Shown here piece by piece: positions 11,366-21,503 of a stretch of DNA of 64,000 nt. Both the position numbers and the translations under genes were made by a program. Source of the stretch: an uncultured Hellea sp. (lineage in GTDB: Bacteria > Pseudomonadota > Alphaproteobacteria > Caulobacterales > Maricaulaceae); contig CALLMD010000013.1 in assembly GCA_938007935.1 (NCBI GenBank), forward strand, positions 20,912 through 84,911, in the 5' to 3' direction. The notes beneath the pieces are model-generated. The model searched no databases and was not told the DNA's origin. It saw only the letters and a program-made list of their open reading frames with translations. Position 1 is the stretch's first letter; every line of letters starts with the position of its first letter.

Positions 11366-13201
11366 ATGCGGCATTTCACTTTACTCTTAACCTCTGCCTT
11401 ATCGGCTGGACTTCTTTTATCTGGCTGTCAGGCTAAAAGTCAGAAAACTCCAAATAAAAATGAGATTATTGAAACGCAAAGCAAAGCCTTAAATGATTGG
11501 TTTGAGGCCCGCTTCCAAGATGAATTGGCGCGCTCGCCCATGAGCCAAACCTATCTCGGGAAAAAGACAAATCGAGACAAGCTTGATGACGCGTCACAAT
11601 TAGCTCTAAATGAAGAAGCCGCCTTGCAAGAAGCCTGGCTTATAGAAATGCGTAAGAATTTTGATATTGATCGCCTAGATCCTCAAACGGCACTATCCTA
11701 TCGATTATACGAATTTGCGGCTGAGGATGCCCTAGCCTCACATAAATTCGCTAATAATGAATATGTCTTTCAACATATGAGCGGGCCTCATGCGCAGCTT
11801 CCCGCCTTTATGATAAATTATCAAACGGTAGAGACCGTAGAGGATGCGCAGAATTACATTGCGCGGCTAAACGCCATTAAAACCTATATGGGACAACATG
11901 CAGAACGCGCAGAGACTCAATTTGAAGCCGGCGTCATCTTACCCAAATTCGTTTACCCCAAAATCTCAAATGCCTGCCGCAATGTCATAACAGGTATGCC
12001 TTTTACCAAAGGCGAAGACAGTCCACTTTATGCCGATATAAAAGCCAAATTTTCTAAACTCGATATCGAAGATGATAAGAAAAGCGCTTTAATCGATGAG
12101 GCTAAAGCCGCGCTTCTAGGCTCCGTTCAGCCTGCTTATTTAAATCTCATAAATATGTTCGCCCGTCACCAAGAGGCGGCCACGCAGGACGATGGCATTT
12201 GGAAACTGCCAAATGCAGAGGATTATTATGCAGCTAGACTCAAGCATTATACCACAACAGATTTAAGCGCGGATGAAATTCACGACATCGGACTAAAAGA
12301 AGTTGCCCGCATTCAAGACGAAATGCGCGAAATCATGAAGCAGGTAAAATTCGAAGGCAGTCTCAAAGAGTTTTTCAATTTTCTTCGCACAGACCCACAA
12401 TTCACTCTGCCCAATACGGATAAAGGGCGCGAGAGCTATATGAAAGAAGCGACGGCAATTATTGATGAGATGAAAAGTCAGCTTGATGGGTTATTCATTA
12501 CCAAACCCAAGGCAGACATGGTCGTTAAACGCGTTGAGCCCTTTAGAGAAGATACGGCCTTTGGGGCATTTTATAACCGGCCAGCCGCAGACGGATCTCG
12601 TCCTGGAACCTATTATGTCAACCTACGTGACGTTAAAGAACAACCAATCTATCTGATGCAAGCTCTCGCCTATCACGAAGGCATCCCTGGTCATCATATG
12701 CAAATCGCGATTGGGATGGAACTTGAAGGACTGCCTAAATTTAGAACGCTGGGCGGGCATACCAGCTATATTGAAGGCTGGGCGCTTTATTCTGAATCTG
12801 TTCCAAAGGAACTTGGTCTATACACCGACCCTTATAAAGATTTTGGGCGGCTCTCTATGGAAATTTTCCGCGCCGCGCGCCTCGTTGTAGATACAGGCAT
12901 TCACGCTAAAAAATGGACGCGTGAGCAAGCCGTGCAATATTACCTTGATAATATTCCCAACCCCGAGGGCGACGTCCGGGCTGAAATTGATCGTTACATC
13001 GTCTGGCCCGGGCAAGCCACGGCTTATAAAATCGGGATGATAAAAATTCAGGAGCTTCGCAAAAGTGCAGAACAGCGCCTTGGCGAAAAATTTGACATTC
13101 GCGAATTTCACGATGTTGTGCTAGCGAATGGCTCTGTACCACTAAAAGTTCTAGAAGAACTGGTGGATAATTGGGTAAAATCTAAATCTAAATCAAAATA
13201 G
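11366..13201 (+). CDS. DUF885 family lipoprotein (putative metallopeptidase)
   Basis: Lipobox LSGC, YHEGIPGHH, YIEGWALYSE, PGQATAYKIG. Confidence 0.9.
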   Translation: MRHFTLLLTSALSAGLLLSGCQAKSQKTPNKNEIIETQSKALNDWFEARFQDELARSPMSQTYLGKKTNRDKLDDASQLALNEEAALQEAWLIEMRKNFDIDRLDPQTALSYRLYEFAAEDALASHKFANNEYVFQHMSGPHAQLPAFMINYQTVETVEDAQNYIARLNAIKTYMGQHAERAETQFEAGVILPKFVYPKISNACRNVITGMPFTKGEDSPLYADIKAKFSKLDIEDDKKSALIDEAKAALLGSVQPAYLNLINMFARHQEAATQDDGIWKLPNAEDYYAARLKHYTTTDLSADEIHDIGLKEVARIQDEMREIMKQVKFEGSLKEFFNFLRTDPQFTLPNTDKGRESYMKEATAIIDEMKSQLDGLFITKPKADMVVKRVEPFREDTAFGAFYNRPAADGSRPGTYYVNLRDVKEQPIYLMQALAYHEGIPGHHMQIAIGMELEGLPKFRTLGGHTSYIEGWALYSESVPKELGLYTDPYKDFGRLSMEIFRAARLVVDTGIHAKKWTREQAVQYYLDNIPNPEGDVRAEIDRYIVWPGQATAYKIGMIKIQELRKSAEQRLGEKFDIREFHDVVLANGSVPLKVLEELVDNWVKSKSKSK

Positions 13202-13218
13202 ATGAAAAAGGATATAAT

Positions 13219-15081
13219 ATGCGCGCATTTCTCTTAACTGGACTTTCTGCTCTCACACTGACTATTGCACTCACAGCGTGTCAGCCCGCTCAAAATAGCA
13301 CGGCTGTCTCTGAAACAGTAAAAACGGCTCAAGACATAGCAAGTAAAACCGTCGATAAAGACGTCAATGCAGAGCTTGATGCTTGGTTTGAAACCAAATT
13401 CATGGAGGGAGTGCGCCGTTACCCGCAATTTCTAGCACAGCTTGGCATCAAGGAACGCATGGATGAATGGAATAATCCAAGCCGTGAATTTGCTCTGGAA
13501 CAACTTGATCAAACGAGGCAAGATTTGGCAGAGCTAAAAGCAAAGTTTAATCCAGAAGACTTGGACCCATCGCATGCGCTTTCTTACCGCCTCTATGTTG
13601 AGCAATCAGAAGATGAGCTAAAGGGCGCTAAATGGTGGTATCATCGTTATCCTTTTAACCAAATGTTTGGTACCCATGCCTCTATCCCTACATTTTTGAT
13701 AAACAATCACCGTATTGACACTGTTGAAGACGCAAAAAACTATGTGAAACGTCTAAACGGCATTGATGACTATCTTGGCGAGGTCATCAAAAATGCCAAG
13801 GCGAGTGCAGAAAAAGGCATACAGCCCCCGAAATTCGTTTTTGATCACGTTATTCGCACCTCTAAGAATATCGTCACCGGCGCGCCTTTTGAAGACAGTG
13901 ATGATCTGAACCTTGTTCTTGCTGATTTTAAAAAGAAGGTTGAGAAACTTGACCTCCCTGACGATGAGAAAGAAAGCCTATATACATCCGCTATCGACGC
14001 ACTTCAAAGCTCTATGAAGCCTGCTTATGACGCCCTTATCACAGAAATGCAGCGCCAAGAGGCGGAAGCTACAGAAGATGACGGCGTATGGAAACTCCCA
14101 GATGGCGGGGAGTTTTATGCCCACCGCTTAAAAGCGATGACCACTACCGACATGAGTGCATCAGAAATCCATGAGCTTGGTCTATCAGAAGTCGCCCGTA
14201 TCCATAGGGAAATGCGCGCTATTATGAAAAAGGTTGGTTTTGAAGGCAATCTTCAAGACTTTTTCAAGTATTTGAAGGATGAGCCCCGCTTTACCTATGA
14301 AGATAGTGACGCGGGACGCGAAGCTTATTTGACCGAAGCCACGCGTATAATTGATGTCATGAAAGGGAGATTGGATGAGGTTTTTTTAAGCAAACCAAAA
14401 GCAGATCTTGAAGTTCGCCGCGTTGAAGCTTTCCGTGAGAAAGCGGCGGGCAAAGCCTTCTATAACCGCCCAGCACCCGACGGGTCACGTCCAGGTTATT
14501 ACTATGCGAACCTTTATAAAATTACGGATATGCCAAAATACCAAATGGAAGCCTTAGCCTATCATGAAGGTATTCCAGGTCATCATATGCAAATCGCCAT
14601 GGCGCAAGAGCTAGAAGGCATACCCAAATTTCGTAAATTTGGGGGATATACGGCCTATATAGAAGGCTGGGGGCTTTACTCAGAATTCTTACCCAAGGAG
14701 ATGGGCTTTTACGAAGACCCCTATTCCGACTTTGGACGTCTAGCGATGGAGATATGGCGCGCGGCGCGCCTCGTTGTTGATACGGGTCTTCATGATAAAA
14801 AGTGGACACGGCAACAAGCTATTGACTATCTAACGACGAACACACCCAATCCTGAAAATGACTGTATTAAAGCCATAGAGCGTTACATTGTGATGCCTGG
14901 GCAAGCGACAGCATATAAAATTGGCATGATAAAAATTCAGGAGTTACGTGCGGAGGCCATAGCCAAACTTGGTGATAAGTTTGATATCCGTGAATATCAT
15001 TCTGTCGTTTTAGATGCAGGCCCGGTGCCTCTAAACATCCTCGAAGAACGTGTAAATGATTGGGTAGCCAGTAAAAGCTAG
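13219..15081 (+). CDS. DUF885 family lipoprotein, tandem paralogue
   Basis: Lipobox LTAC and the same YHEGIPGHH, YIEGWGLYSE and PGQATAYKIG motifs. Confidence 0.9.
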   Translation: MRAFLLTGLSALTLTIALTACQPAQNSTAVSETVKTAQDIASKTVDKDVNAELDAWFETKFMEGVRRYPQFLAQLGIKERMDEWNNPSREFALEQLDQTRQDLAELKAKFNPEDLDPSHALSYRLYVEQSEDELKGAKWWYHRYPFNQMFGTHASIPTFLINNHRIDTVEDAKNYVKRLNGIDDYLGEVIKNAKASAEKGIQPPKFVFDHVIRTSKNIVTGAPFEDSDDLNLVLADFKKKVEKLDLPDDEKESLYTSAIDALQSSMKPAYDALITEMQRQEAEATEDDGVWKLPDGGEFYAHRLKAMTTTDMSASEIHELGLSEVARIHREMRAIMKKVGFEGNLQDFFKYLKDEPRFTYEDSDAGREAYLTEATRIIDVMKGRLDEVFLSKPKADLEVRRVEAFREKAAGKAFYNRPAPDGSRPGYYYANLYKITDMPKYQMEALAYHEGIPGHHMQIAMAQELEGIPKFRKFGGYTAYIEGWGLYSEFLPKEMGFYEDPYSDFGRLAMEIWRAARLVVDTGLHDKKWTRQQAIDYLTTNTPNPENDCIKAIERYIVMPGQATAYKIGMIKIQELRAEAIAKLGDKFDIREYHSVVLDAGPVPLNILEERVNDWVASKS

Positions 15082-15090
15082 CCTTAACCT

Positions 15091-15528
15091 CTAACCTGCA
15101 CGGGTGCGTTCACCGCGCTCGTGCATTTCTTGGGCTTCCAATGACAATTTAGCGGTGGGCCTAACTTCAAGGCGCTTTAACCTGATGGGATCACCCGTTT
15201 CTTGGCAATAACCATATGTGCCTTCATCGATACGGCGTAGTGCCTTCTCGATTTGATTGATTAGTTTTCTTAGGCGGTCACGTGTACGCAGTTCTAACTG
15301 ACGATCCGCATTTGCCGCCGCGGTATCTGCAGGATCAGGATAAGTCACATTTTCTTGCTGTAAGTAAGCGACCGTATCTTTGTTTTGCTCAAATATCTCA
15401 GCTTTCCAAGCCAATAGTTTTTGACGAAAATATTCTTGCTGTTTGGCATTCATGAATTTTTCGTCTTCAGATGGCACATAGCCTTTCGGTAATTTAACTG
15501 GTTTTTTCGCTTTCTTATTAGCAGCCAT
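15091..15528 (-). CDS. dksA: RNA polymerase-binding protein DksA
   Basis: YMN..Q.EYFRQKL, DPADTA coiled-coil tip, YGYCQETGDPI..KRL..RP; start revised to ATG 15528 after GGGAG. Confidence 0.95.
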   Translation of the reverse strand: MAANKKAKKPVKLPKGYVPSEDEKFMNAKQQEYFRQKLLAWKAEIFEQNKDTVAYLQQENVTYPDPADTAAANADRQLELRTRDRLRKLINQIEKALRRIDEGTYGYCQETGDPIRLKRLEVRPTAKLSLEAQEMHERGERTRAG

Positions 15529-15712
15529 GATGCACTCCCACCCCAATAAATATCCCTGATAACGACTCGTTTTAATGCCGCTTATCGCCGCGATATATCG
15601 CGGGAATGAGAAGTGTACAATATGGTAAAACACAAAATACGACAGCGACAGTTTTTCTCTTGAAAGACACAGCCTGAGCTATAAAACAACGACACAATCA
15701 AGGATAAACAAG

Positions 15713-16555
15713 ATGAAGTTTGAAGGCACAAAAAATTACGTTGCGACACAGGACCTGAAAATGGCTGTAAATGCCGCGATTACCCTAGAACGCCCCCTTC
15801 TGATAAAGGGTGAACCCGGAACCGGGAAAACTGTATTGGCCCATGAAATTGCTAAAGGTCTTAAAACGCCGCTCTTGGAATGGAATATCAAATCCACAAC
15901 CAAGGCCCAACAAGGCCTTTATGAATATGATGCCGTAGCACGCCTGCGTGATTCTCAGCTCGGAGAAGACCGTGTTCACGATATTGCGAACTACATCAAA
16001 AAAGGAAAACTTTGGGAAGCTTTTGAATCCAAAGAACGCTGTATTTTGCTCATCGACGAAATTGATAAAGCCGATATCGAATTTCCAAATGATCTCTTAC
16101 ATGAACTCGATAAGATGAGCTTTCATGTCTATGAAACAGGCGAGACTGTTACAGCTAAAAACCGCCCTATTATCATAATTACCTCAAATAATGAGAAAGA
16201 CTTACCGGATGCGTTTTTGCGCCGCTGCTTCTTTCATTATATCCAATTCCCAGATGCAGAGACTATGGCGAAAATTGTCGAAGTTCACTATCCGGACATT
16301 AAACCGAGGCTTTTATCGGCGGCGATGAAGCGCTTTTTTGATGTAAGGGCCATGCCAGGACTTAAAAAGAAACCCAGCACGAGTGAATTGCTAGACTGGC
16401 TAAAGCTTTTATTGGTCGAAGATATCGACCCTGAGACCCTTAAAGAAGCAGACCCTAAAAAGCTTATTCCACCGCTACATGGCGCGCTACTTAAGAATGA
16501 GCAAGACGTTCATTTATTTGAGCGCCTCGCCTTTTTAAATCGGCGCGAACATTAG
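15713..16555 (+). CDS. MoxR family AAA+ ATPase
   Basis: GEPGTGKT, LLIDEIDKADIEFPNDLL, LPDAFLRRC. Confidence 0.93.
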   Translation: MKFEGTKNYVATQDLKMAVNAAITLERPLLIKGEPGTGKTVLAHEIAKGLKTPLLEWNIKSTTKAQQGLYEYDAVARLRDSQLGEDRVHDIANYIKKGKLWEAFESKERCILLIDEIDKADIEFPNDLLHELDKMSFHVYETGETVTAKNRPIIIITSNNEKDLPDAFLRRCFFHYIQFPDAETMAKIVEVHYPDIKPRLLSAAMKRFFDVRAMPGLKKKPSTSELLDWLKLLLVEDIDPETLKEADPKKLIPPLHGALLKNEQDVHLFERLAFLNRREH

Positions 16556-16561
16556 CGCGAT

Positions 16562-17023
16562 CTAGCCCCGCCCGCGATAGGACGGTACGCCTTGGTCTGG
16601 AATCCAAAGCCCGTCTGGCGCTTTACCATATTGATAAAATACATCGATTGGAATCCCGCCGCGCGGATACCAATAGCCGCCAATGCGCAGCCATTTGGGA
16701 CTAATCTCTTTGACAAGGCGCTGGGCAATTCCTGTAGTGCAGGCCTCATGAAAATCACCATGATTACGATAGCTCCCAAGAAATAGTTTAAAAGCTTTGC
16801 TTTCAACAATCCATTTATCGGGACAGTAATCAACGACAAGGTGCGCAAAATCAGGTTGGCCTGTGACAGGACAAATCGAGGTGAATTCTGGCGCAACAAG
16901 GCGAACCATATAGGGCTCTTTGCACGGGTTCTTAACCCGCTCTAATACGGCCTCATCTGGCGAGGCTGGCAAGGCCTGCTGTTGGCCCAGTTGATCAAGT
17001 TTATCGTAACGATCTTTAGTCAT
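16562..17023 (-). CDS. queF: NADPH-dependent preQ0 reductase (type I)
   Basis: [34 protein letters not shown]. Confidence 0.96.
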   Translation of the reverse strand: MTKDRYDKLDQLGQQQALPASPDEAVLERVKNPCKEPYMVRLVAPEFTSICPVTGQPDFAHLVVDYCPDKWIVESKAFKLFLGSYRNHGDFHEACTTGIAQRLVKEISPKWLRIGGYWYPRGGIPIDVFYQYGKAPDGLWIPDQGVPSYRGRG

Positions 17024-17075
17024 GAGGGGGCGATAAAACTAAATAGGGGGTTTCGCAAGGCCGTAGTCAAATTCA

Positions 17076-18269
17076 CTAAGCTGTCTTTACCGCCACGTTC
17101 TTATTTTTATTCCAATTGCGGATAAACCGCCCGCCAGGAATTTCAATAAAATGATAGGTCAAGTGGGAGCAAAAAATGACAACGCTAAGATAGATTACCA
17201 AAAGGGCATCTCCGCCCCAACCCGATATATTCCAATTGGGAATGGCGCGCCCAATGAGATGCTCGGCCGCAATTCCAAAGGCAATCGCGATGATCACATG
17301 GACCATGTAAACTGAATAGGAAATTTTGGCGAGATAAGCGAATATCTTATGTTTCATGAACCGCGATATAACGCCTCCGTCAAAGGCGAAAATAACGACA
17401 AATAGAAGGATAAAGGGCGCGACAAAAAACTGACCTTTACCGCCGCAATAAATGACGAATAGAGTTGAGGCCAGTAATATAGCAAACTCAGCAAGGCTGA
17501 AGCCTAGTGTCCTGCCTGTTTCCTTCAATGCCGAAACTTTTGGTTTTAAGCGGGTGTATATTTCGGCCGCTATGACACCTGTAAAAAAGCCGCCAATGCA
17601 CCGGAAGAAAGCCAGATCATATGTAATATCCATGCTCGGCTTTAACTGGGATAAAATCGCATATATTTCAACGATGGCGATAGCCATTAGTACAAAGTGC
17701 AGATTTTTCTTTGGCCGCGCCCAAAGCATCATGGCCACAAAAACGAAATAGGTAAAAAATTCAGCACTGATTGTCCAGCTTGGCGGGTTAAAGGTTAGTG
17801 CATCATTCACCCCCATCGCATGGGTCAGTGTTAAATGTGAGAACAAACTCCTCCAACCATCGCCCGAACCAGCCATGAAAGGCAAAATCTCACCCACTTC
17901 ATGCTCAGCAAAGCCAAATTTATGTGCCAGCAACCGCAAAAGCGCAAAAGCAAAGAACACGGCTAACATAAATAGATGCAGCGGATATAGGCGCGCAAAA
18001 CGGCGCAACATAAAGGTTTTGGCTTGCGCCCCATTACCTATCTTATTTTGATACAACCGAAACATGAGAAAGCCGGAAAAGGCAAAAAATAGATCAATAA
18101 TAACGGCGCCATTATTAAAGAAGGTCCAGCTATTGATATGTGAGAGCCAAATTGTGTGGTAAATTGCAACACATAAAGCCAAAATACCCCGAAACCCATC
18201 AAGCGCAGCGAAATATTCGCCATGGCCATAAGGCGATGTTTTTACTGTATTTTTTGACGCTGCAGACAT
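17076..18269 (-). CDS. Acyltransferase family 3 (OafA-like) membrane O-acyltransferase
   Basis: LDGFRG, DLFFAFSGF, RRFARLYP, PSWTISAEF, ISYSVYMVH; start revised to ATG 18269. Confidence 0.9.
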   Translation of the reverse strand: MSAASKNTVKTSPYGHGEYFAALDGFRGILALCVAIYHTIWLSHINSWTFFNNGAVIIDLFFAFSGFLMFRLYQNKIGNGAQAKTFMLRRFARLYPLHLFMLAVFFAFALLRLLAHKFGFAEHEVGEILPFMAGSGDGWRSLFSHLTLTHAMGVNDALTFNPPSWTISAEFFTYFVFVAMMLWARPKKNLHFVLMAIAIVEIYAILSQLKPSMDITYDLAFFRCIGGFFTGVIAAEIYTRLKPKVSALKETGRTLGFSLAEFAILLASTLFVIYCGGKGQFFVAPFILLFVVIFAFDGGVISRFMKHKIFAYLAKISYSVYMVHVIIAIAFGIAAEHLIGRAIPNWNISGWGGDALLVIYLSVVIFCSHLTYHFIEIPGGRFIRNWNKNKNVAVKTA

Positions 18270-18386
18270 CTTTTCTCTAATACTAACTATCGGAAACCCG
18301 ATAGAGGCGAATTTTGAATTAACACCTTGCAAGAACGGTGCTAGTCATAGGTAGAAAACAATCACAACACTGTGAGGGGAAACATC

Positions 18387-19496
18387 ATGAAATCACGCGC
18401 CGCTGTCGCTTTTGAAGCTGGAAAAGATTTAGAGATCGTAGACGTTGATGTAGAAGGCCCCAAAGCGGGCGAAGTTCTCGTGGAAATTAAAGCCACTGGC
18501 ATATGCCATACGGATGCTTTCACACTCTCGGGCGATGACCCCGAAGGTGCCTTCCCTGCTATACTCGGTCATGAAGGCGCTGGGATTGTGCGTGAAGTCG
18601 GCGCAGGCGTCACATCACTGTCCGTGGGTGATCATGTTATTCCGCTATATACCGCCGAGTGCCGCGAGTGCGATTTCTGTCTGCATCCCAAAACCAATCT
18701 TTGCCAATCTGTGCGCGCCACACAGGGCCAAGGCTTGATGCCGGATGGCACATCGCGCTTTAGCTATAGAGGCAAGAAAATCTTACATTATATGGGTTGC
18801 TCGACATTTTCTAACTACACGGTTCTGCCAGAAGTCAGCCTTGCGAAAATCCGTAAAGACGCGCCATTTGATATGGCCTGCTATATTGGTTGCGGCGTGA
18901 CGACAGGCGTCGGCGCAGTTATCTATTCCGCCAAAGCCGAACCCAATTGCCGCGCAGTTGTCTTCGGGCTTGGGGGAATTGGGCTTAATGTTATTCAAGG
19001 GCTAAAAATGATTGGGGCCAAGCAGATTGTCGGCGTTGATATCAACCCCGAACGCGAAGCGATTGGCCGTTCTTTTGGCATGACTGATTTCGTCAATCCG
19101 ACAAAAATCAAAGGCGACCTGACGGGGCACATCGTTGATATCACAGGCGGCGGCGCGGATTATACTTTTGAATGTATCGGCAATGTCGATGTGATGCGCG
19201 TGGCGCTAGAAAGCTGCCATAAAGGTTGGGGCGAGAGCTATATCATTGGCGTGGCGGGCGCGGGCAAAGAAATCTCCACGCGTCCTTTCCAGCTTGTCAC
19301 TGGCCGCTCATGGAAAGGCGTCGCTTTTGGCGGGGCCAGAGGCCGCACAGATGTACCAAGCATCGTCGATATGTATATGGACGGACGCATCCAAATCGAC
19401 CCTCTAATTACGCATAAAATGCCATTAGAGAAAATCAACGACGCGCTACACTTAATGCATGAAGGAAAAAGCATTCGAAGTGTGGTGGAGTTTTAA
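18387..19496 (+). CDS. frmA: S-(hydroxymethyl)glutathione dehydrogenase / class III ADH
   Basis: GICHTD, GHEGAG, structural Zn cysteines CRECDFC...C, GLGGIG. Confidence 0.97.
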   Translation: MKSRAAVAFEAGKDLEIVDVDVEGPKAGEVLVEIKATGICHTDAFTLSGDDPEGAFPAILGHEGAGIVREVGAGVTSLSVGDHVIPLYTAECRECDFCLHPKTNLCQSVRATQGQGLMPDGTSRFSYRGKKILHYMGCSTFSNYTVLPEVSLAKIRKDAPFDMACYIGCGVTTGVGAVIYSAKAEPNCRAVVFGLGGIGLNVIQGLKMIGAKQIVGVDINPEREAIGRSFGMTDFVNPTKIKGDLTGHIVDITGGGADYTFECIGNVDVMRVALESCHKGWGESYIIGVAGAGKEISTRPFQLVTGRSWKGVAFGGARGRTDVPSIVDMYMDGRIQIDPLITHKMPLEKINDALHLMHEGKSIRSVVEF

Positions 19497-20206
19497 TGAT
19501 GGCGTATGACAAATTGACAGACGCCTATTTTAAAGACCCCAAATTAATTTGGCAGCATACGATTTCTGGAGAGAAAAAATTTGACTCATGTGACTTTTTG
19601 GGCGCTTTAAAAGATCTCTCTTCACTTCCTGATTGGAGAGATGCCTTTATTGGCCTTGAAGACTCTGACCTTTTCTTCGATAGGGTTGCAACCTTCTTCG
19701 GACATAACGGAGATTTATCACCAGATGAAAATGGCCGGCAGTCGCTATACTTCTCTCCAAAAGCTGTTGAGAGTTCACCTGATGAACTTGTAAAGCTCGC
19801 CAAACAATATTTGAAAGAAAGCGCGAAAGTTTCTGCCTTTTCCAATCAAAGTCCATGGAATGACGAGGAAGACTGGCCAGAACGTTTGTCCAAATTACCC
19901 GTTGAATGGATTTCATCGGACCGCGAAATTAAAGTAGACGATTATAATGATTTCGCCACCTACCTTTATGAGATTTGGAGTGAAGTCTATAGTGATAACT
20001 CAAAACCTTGGTCTCATATACATTATTGCCTTTCCGAAGGCTGTTATGGCTTAGCTGCGGATTATGGCCTTCAACGATATCTGATGGAGGACTTCTACAA
20101 GTTGGATTTCAATTTATCTTACCTTTACGCATTAGAATGGGTGCATTGTGGTAAGATTTTTTTCTCCGAAACCAAATGCTACGTCACAACTAAGAAATCC
20201 AACTAG
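19496..20206 (+). CDS. Hypothetical acidic, aromatic-rich protein inserted in the frm operon
   Basis: 236-aa ORF overlapping the frmA stop (TAATG); AT-richer than its neighbours; no motif recognised. Confidence 0.7.
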   Translation: MMAYDKLTDAYFKDPKLIWQHTISGEKKFDSCDFLGALKDLSSLPDWRDAFIGLEDSDLFFDRVATFFGHNGDLSPDENGRQSLYFSPKAVESSPDELVKLAKQYLKESAKVSAFSNQSPWNDEEDWPERLSKLPVEWISSDREIKVDDYNDFATYLYEIWSEVYSDNSKPWSHIHYCLSEGCYGLAADYGLQRYLMEDFYKLDFNLSYLYALEWVHCGKIFFSETKCYVTTKKSN

Positions 20207-20219
20207 AAGAAGACAGTGT

Positions 20220-21068
20220 ATGACCCCTATTTCAGAAAACAAAATCTATGGCGGCATTCAGTCCGTTTACGAGCACCGCTCTGATGCCTGTGCCTGTGAT
20301 ATGCGGGTTGCTGTCTTTATGCCGCCGCAAGCCCTAGATAAGGCCAAAGACAAACCCTGCCCTGTCCTTATTTGGCTCTCTGGGCTGACCTGCACGGAAC
20401 AAAACTTTATCACCAAAGCAGGCGCGCAACGTATGGCAGCAGAGCTTGGCATTATTATCGTCGCGCCTGACACATCCCCGCGCGGAGACCATGTGCCCGA
20501 TACAGAAGACCGTTATGATTTTGGCAAAGGCGCAGGGTTTTATCTAGACGCCACCGTGATGCCATGGATGGAAAATTACGCGATGGAAACCTATATTCGC
20601 GACGAACTTCCCTTCTGGATTAAAGCCAGCCTACCTATGGCCGATACGCGGCGTATGGGTATTACAGGCCATTCCATGGGCGGGCACGGCGCGCTTACGC
20701 TCCATTTAAAAAACCCGACATTATTTAAGACCTGCTCGGCCTTTTCGCCTATCGTTGCCCCCTCTCAAGTCCCTTGGGGGCAAAAAGCCTTTGAAGGATA
20801 TCTTGGCGATAACGCAAGCACATGGGCCCGTTATGACTCAACTGAGCTTGTCATGAAACAACCCTCAGAAGCGCATATCCTCATCGACCAAGGCACAGAT
20901 GATGAGTTTCTCAAAGAACATCTACGCCCCGACCTCTTTGACGTGGCCTGCCAAAAAATGGGTCAAAGCCTCACTTTGCGTATGCAGGAAGGCTATGATC
21001 ACAGCTATTACTTCATCGCGAGTTTTATAGAAGATCATCTAAGGTGGCACGCCAAAGAATTGGGTTAG
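20220..21068 (+). CDS. fghA: S-formylglutathione hydrolase
   Basis: LSGLTCTEQNF, GHSMGGHGAL nucleophile motif, GYDHSYYFI; start revised to ATG 20220. Confidence 0.96.
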   Translation: MTPISENKIYGGIQSVYEHRSDACACDMRVAVFMPPQALDKAKDKPCPVLIWLSGLTCTEQNFITKAGAQRMAAELGIIIVAPDTSPRGDHVPDTEDRYDFGKGAGFYLDATVMPWMENYAMETYIRDELPFWIKASLPMADTRRMGITGHSMGGHGALTLHLKNPTLFKTCSAFSPIVAPSQVPWGQKAFEGYLGDNASTWARYDSTELVMKQPSEAHILIDQGTDDEFLKEHLRPDLFDVACQKMGQSLTLRMQEGYDHSYYFIASFIEDHLRWHAKELG

Positions 21069-21083
21069 CCAGAATTTAGTGCC

Positions 21084-21461
21084 TTAGCCAATATGCATGG
21101 CGCAAATTTTATTACCTGCTGGATCGCGTAGATAAGCAAGATATAGCTTCATGCCGTTGCCTTCGCGCCATCCGGGTGGATCTTCGATGGCTGTCCCGCC
21201 ATGGGCAAGTCCGGCTTTGTGAAACGCATCAGCAGCTTCTGGCGATTCCGCCGCAAAGCCAACCGTGCTACCATTAGCATTTGTCGCAGGCTGTCCATCA
21301 ATGGGTTTAGAGAGCATAAAGATACCTCCATTTTGCATATACATGGCGCGGCCTTTGGGATCGACCATTGCTGGCCGCGCGCCCAACGCGCCAAGAGCGG
21401 CATCATAAAATGTCTTTGAGCTATCGATATCATCGGCTCCGAGCATGACATGGCTAAACAT
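21084..21461 (-). CDS. VOC family protein
   Basis: MFSHVMLG, NGSTVGF, YLAYLRDPAGNKICA. Confidence 0.9.
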   Translation of the reverse strand: MFSHVMLGADDIDSSKTFYDAALGALGARPAMVDPKGRAMYMQNGGIFMLSKPIDGQPATNANGSTVGFAAESPEAADAFHKAGLAHGGTAIEDPPGWREGNGMKLYLAYLRDPAGNKICAMHIG

Positions 21462-21503
21462 AAATATCTCCGTTCTTGGTTTTAGTGTTCATAATGTAGT
21501 CTT

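Noticed and set aside
15091-15528. DksA with a single Cys (no four-Cys zinc finger)
   Set aside because: The CxxT-type zinc-free DksA is normal in alphaproteobacteria.
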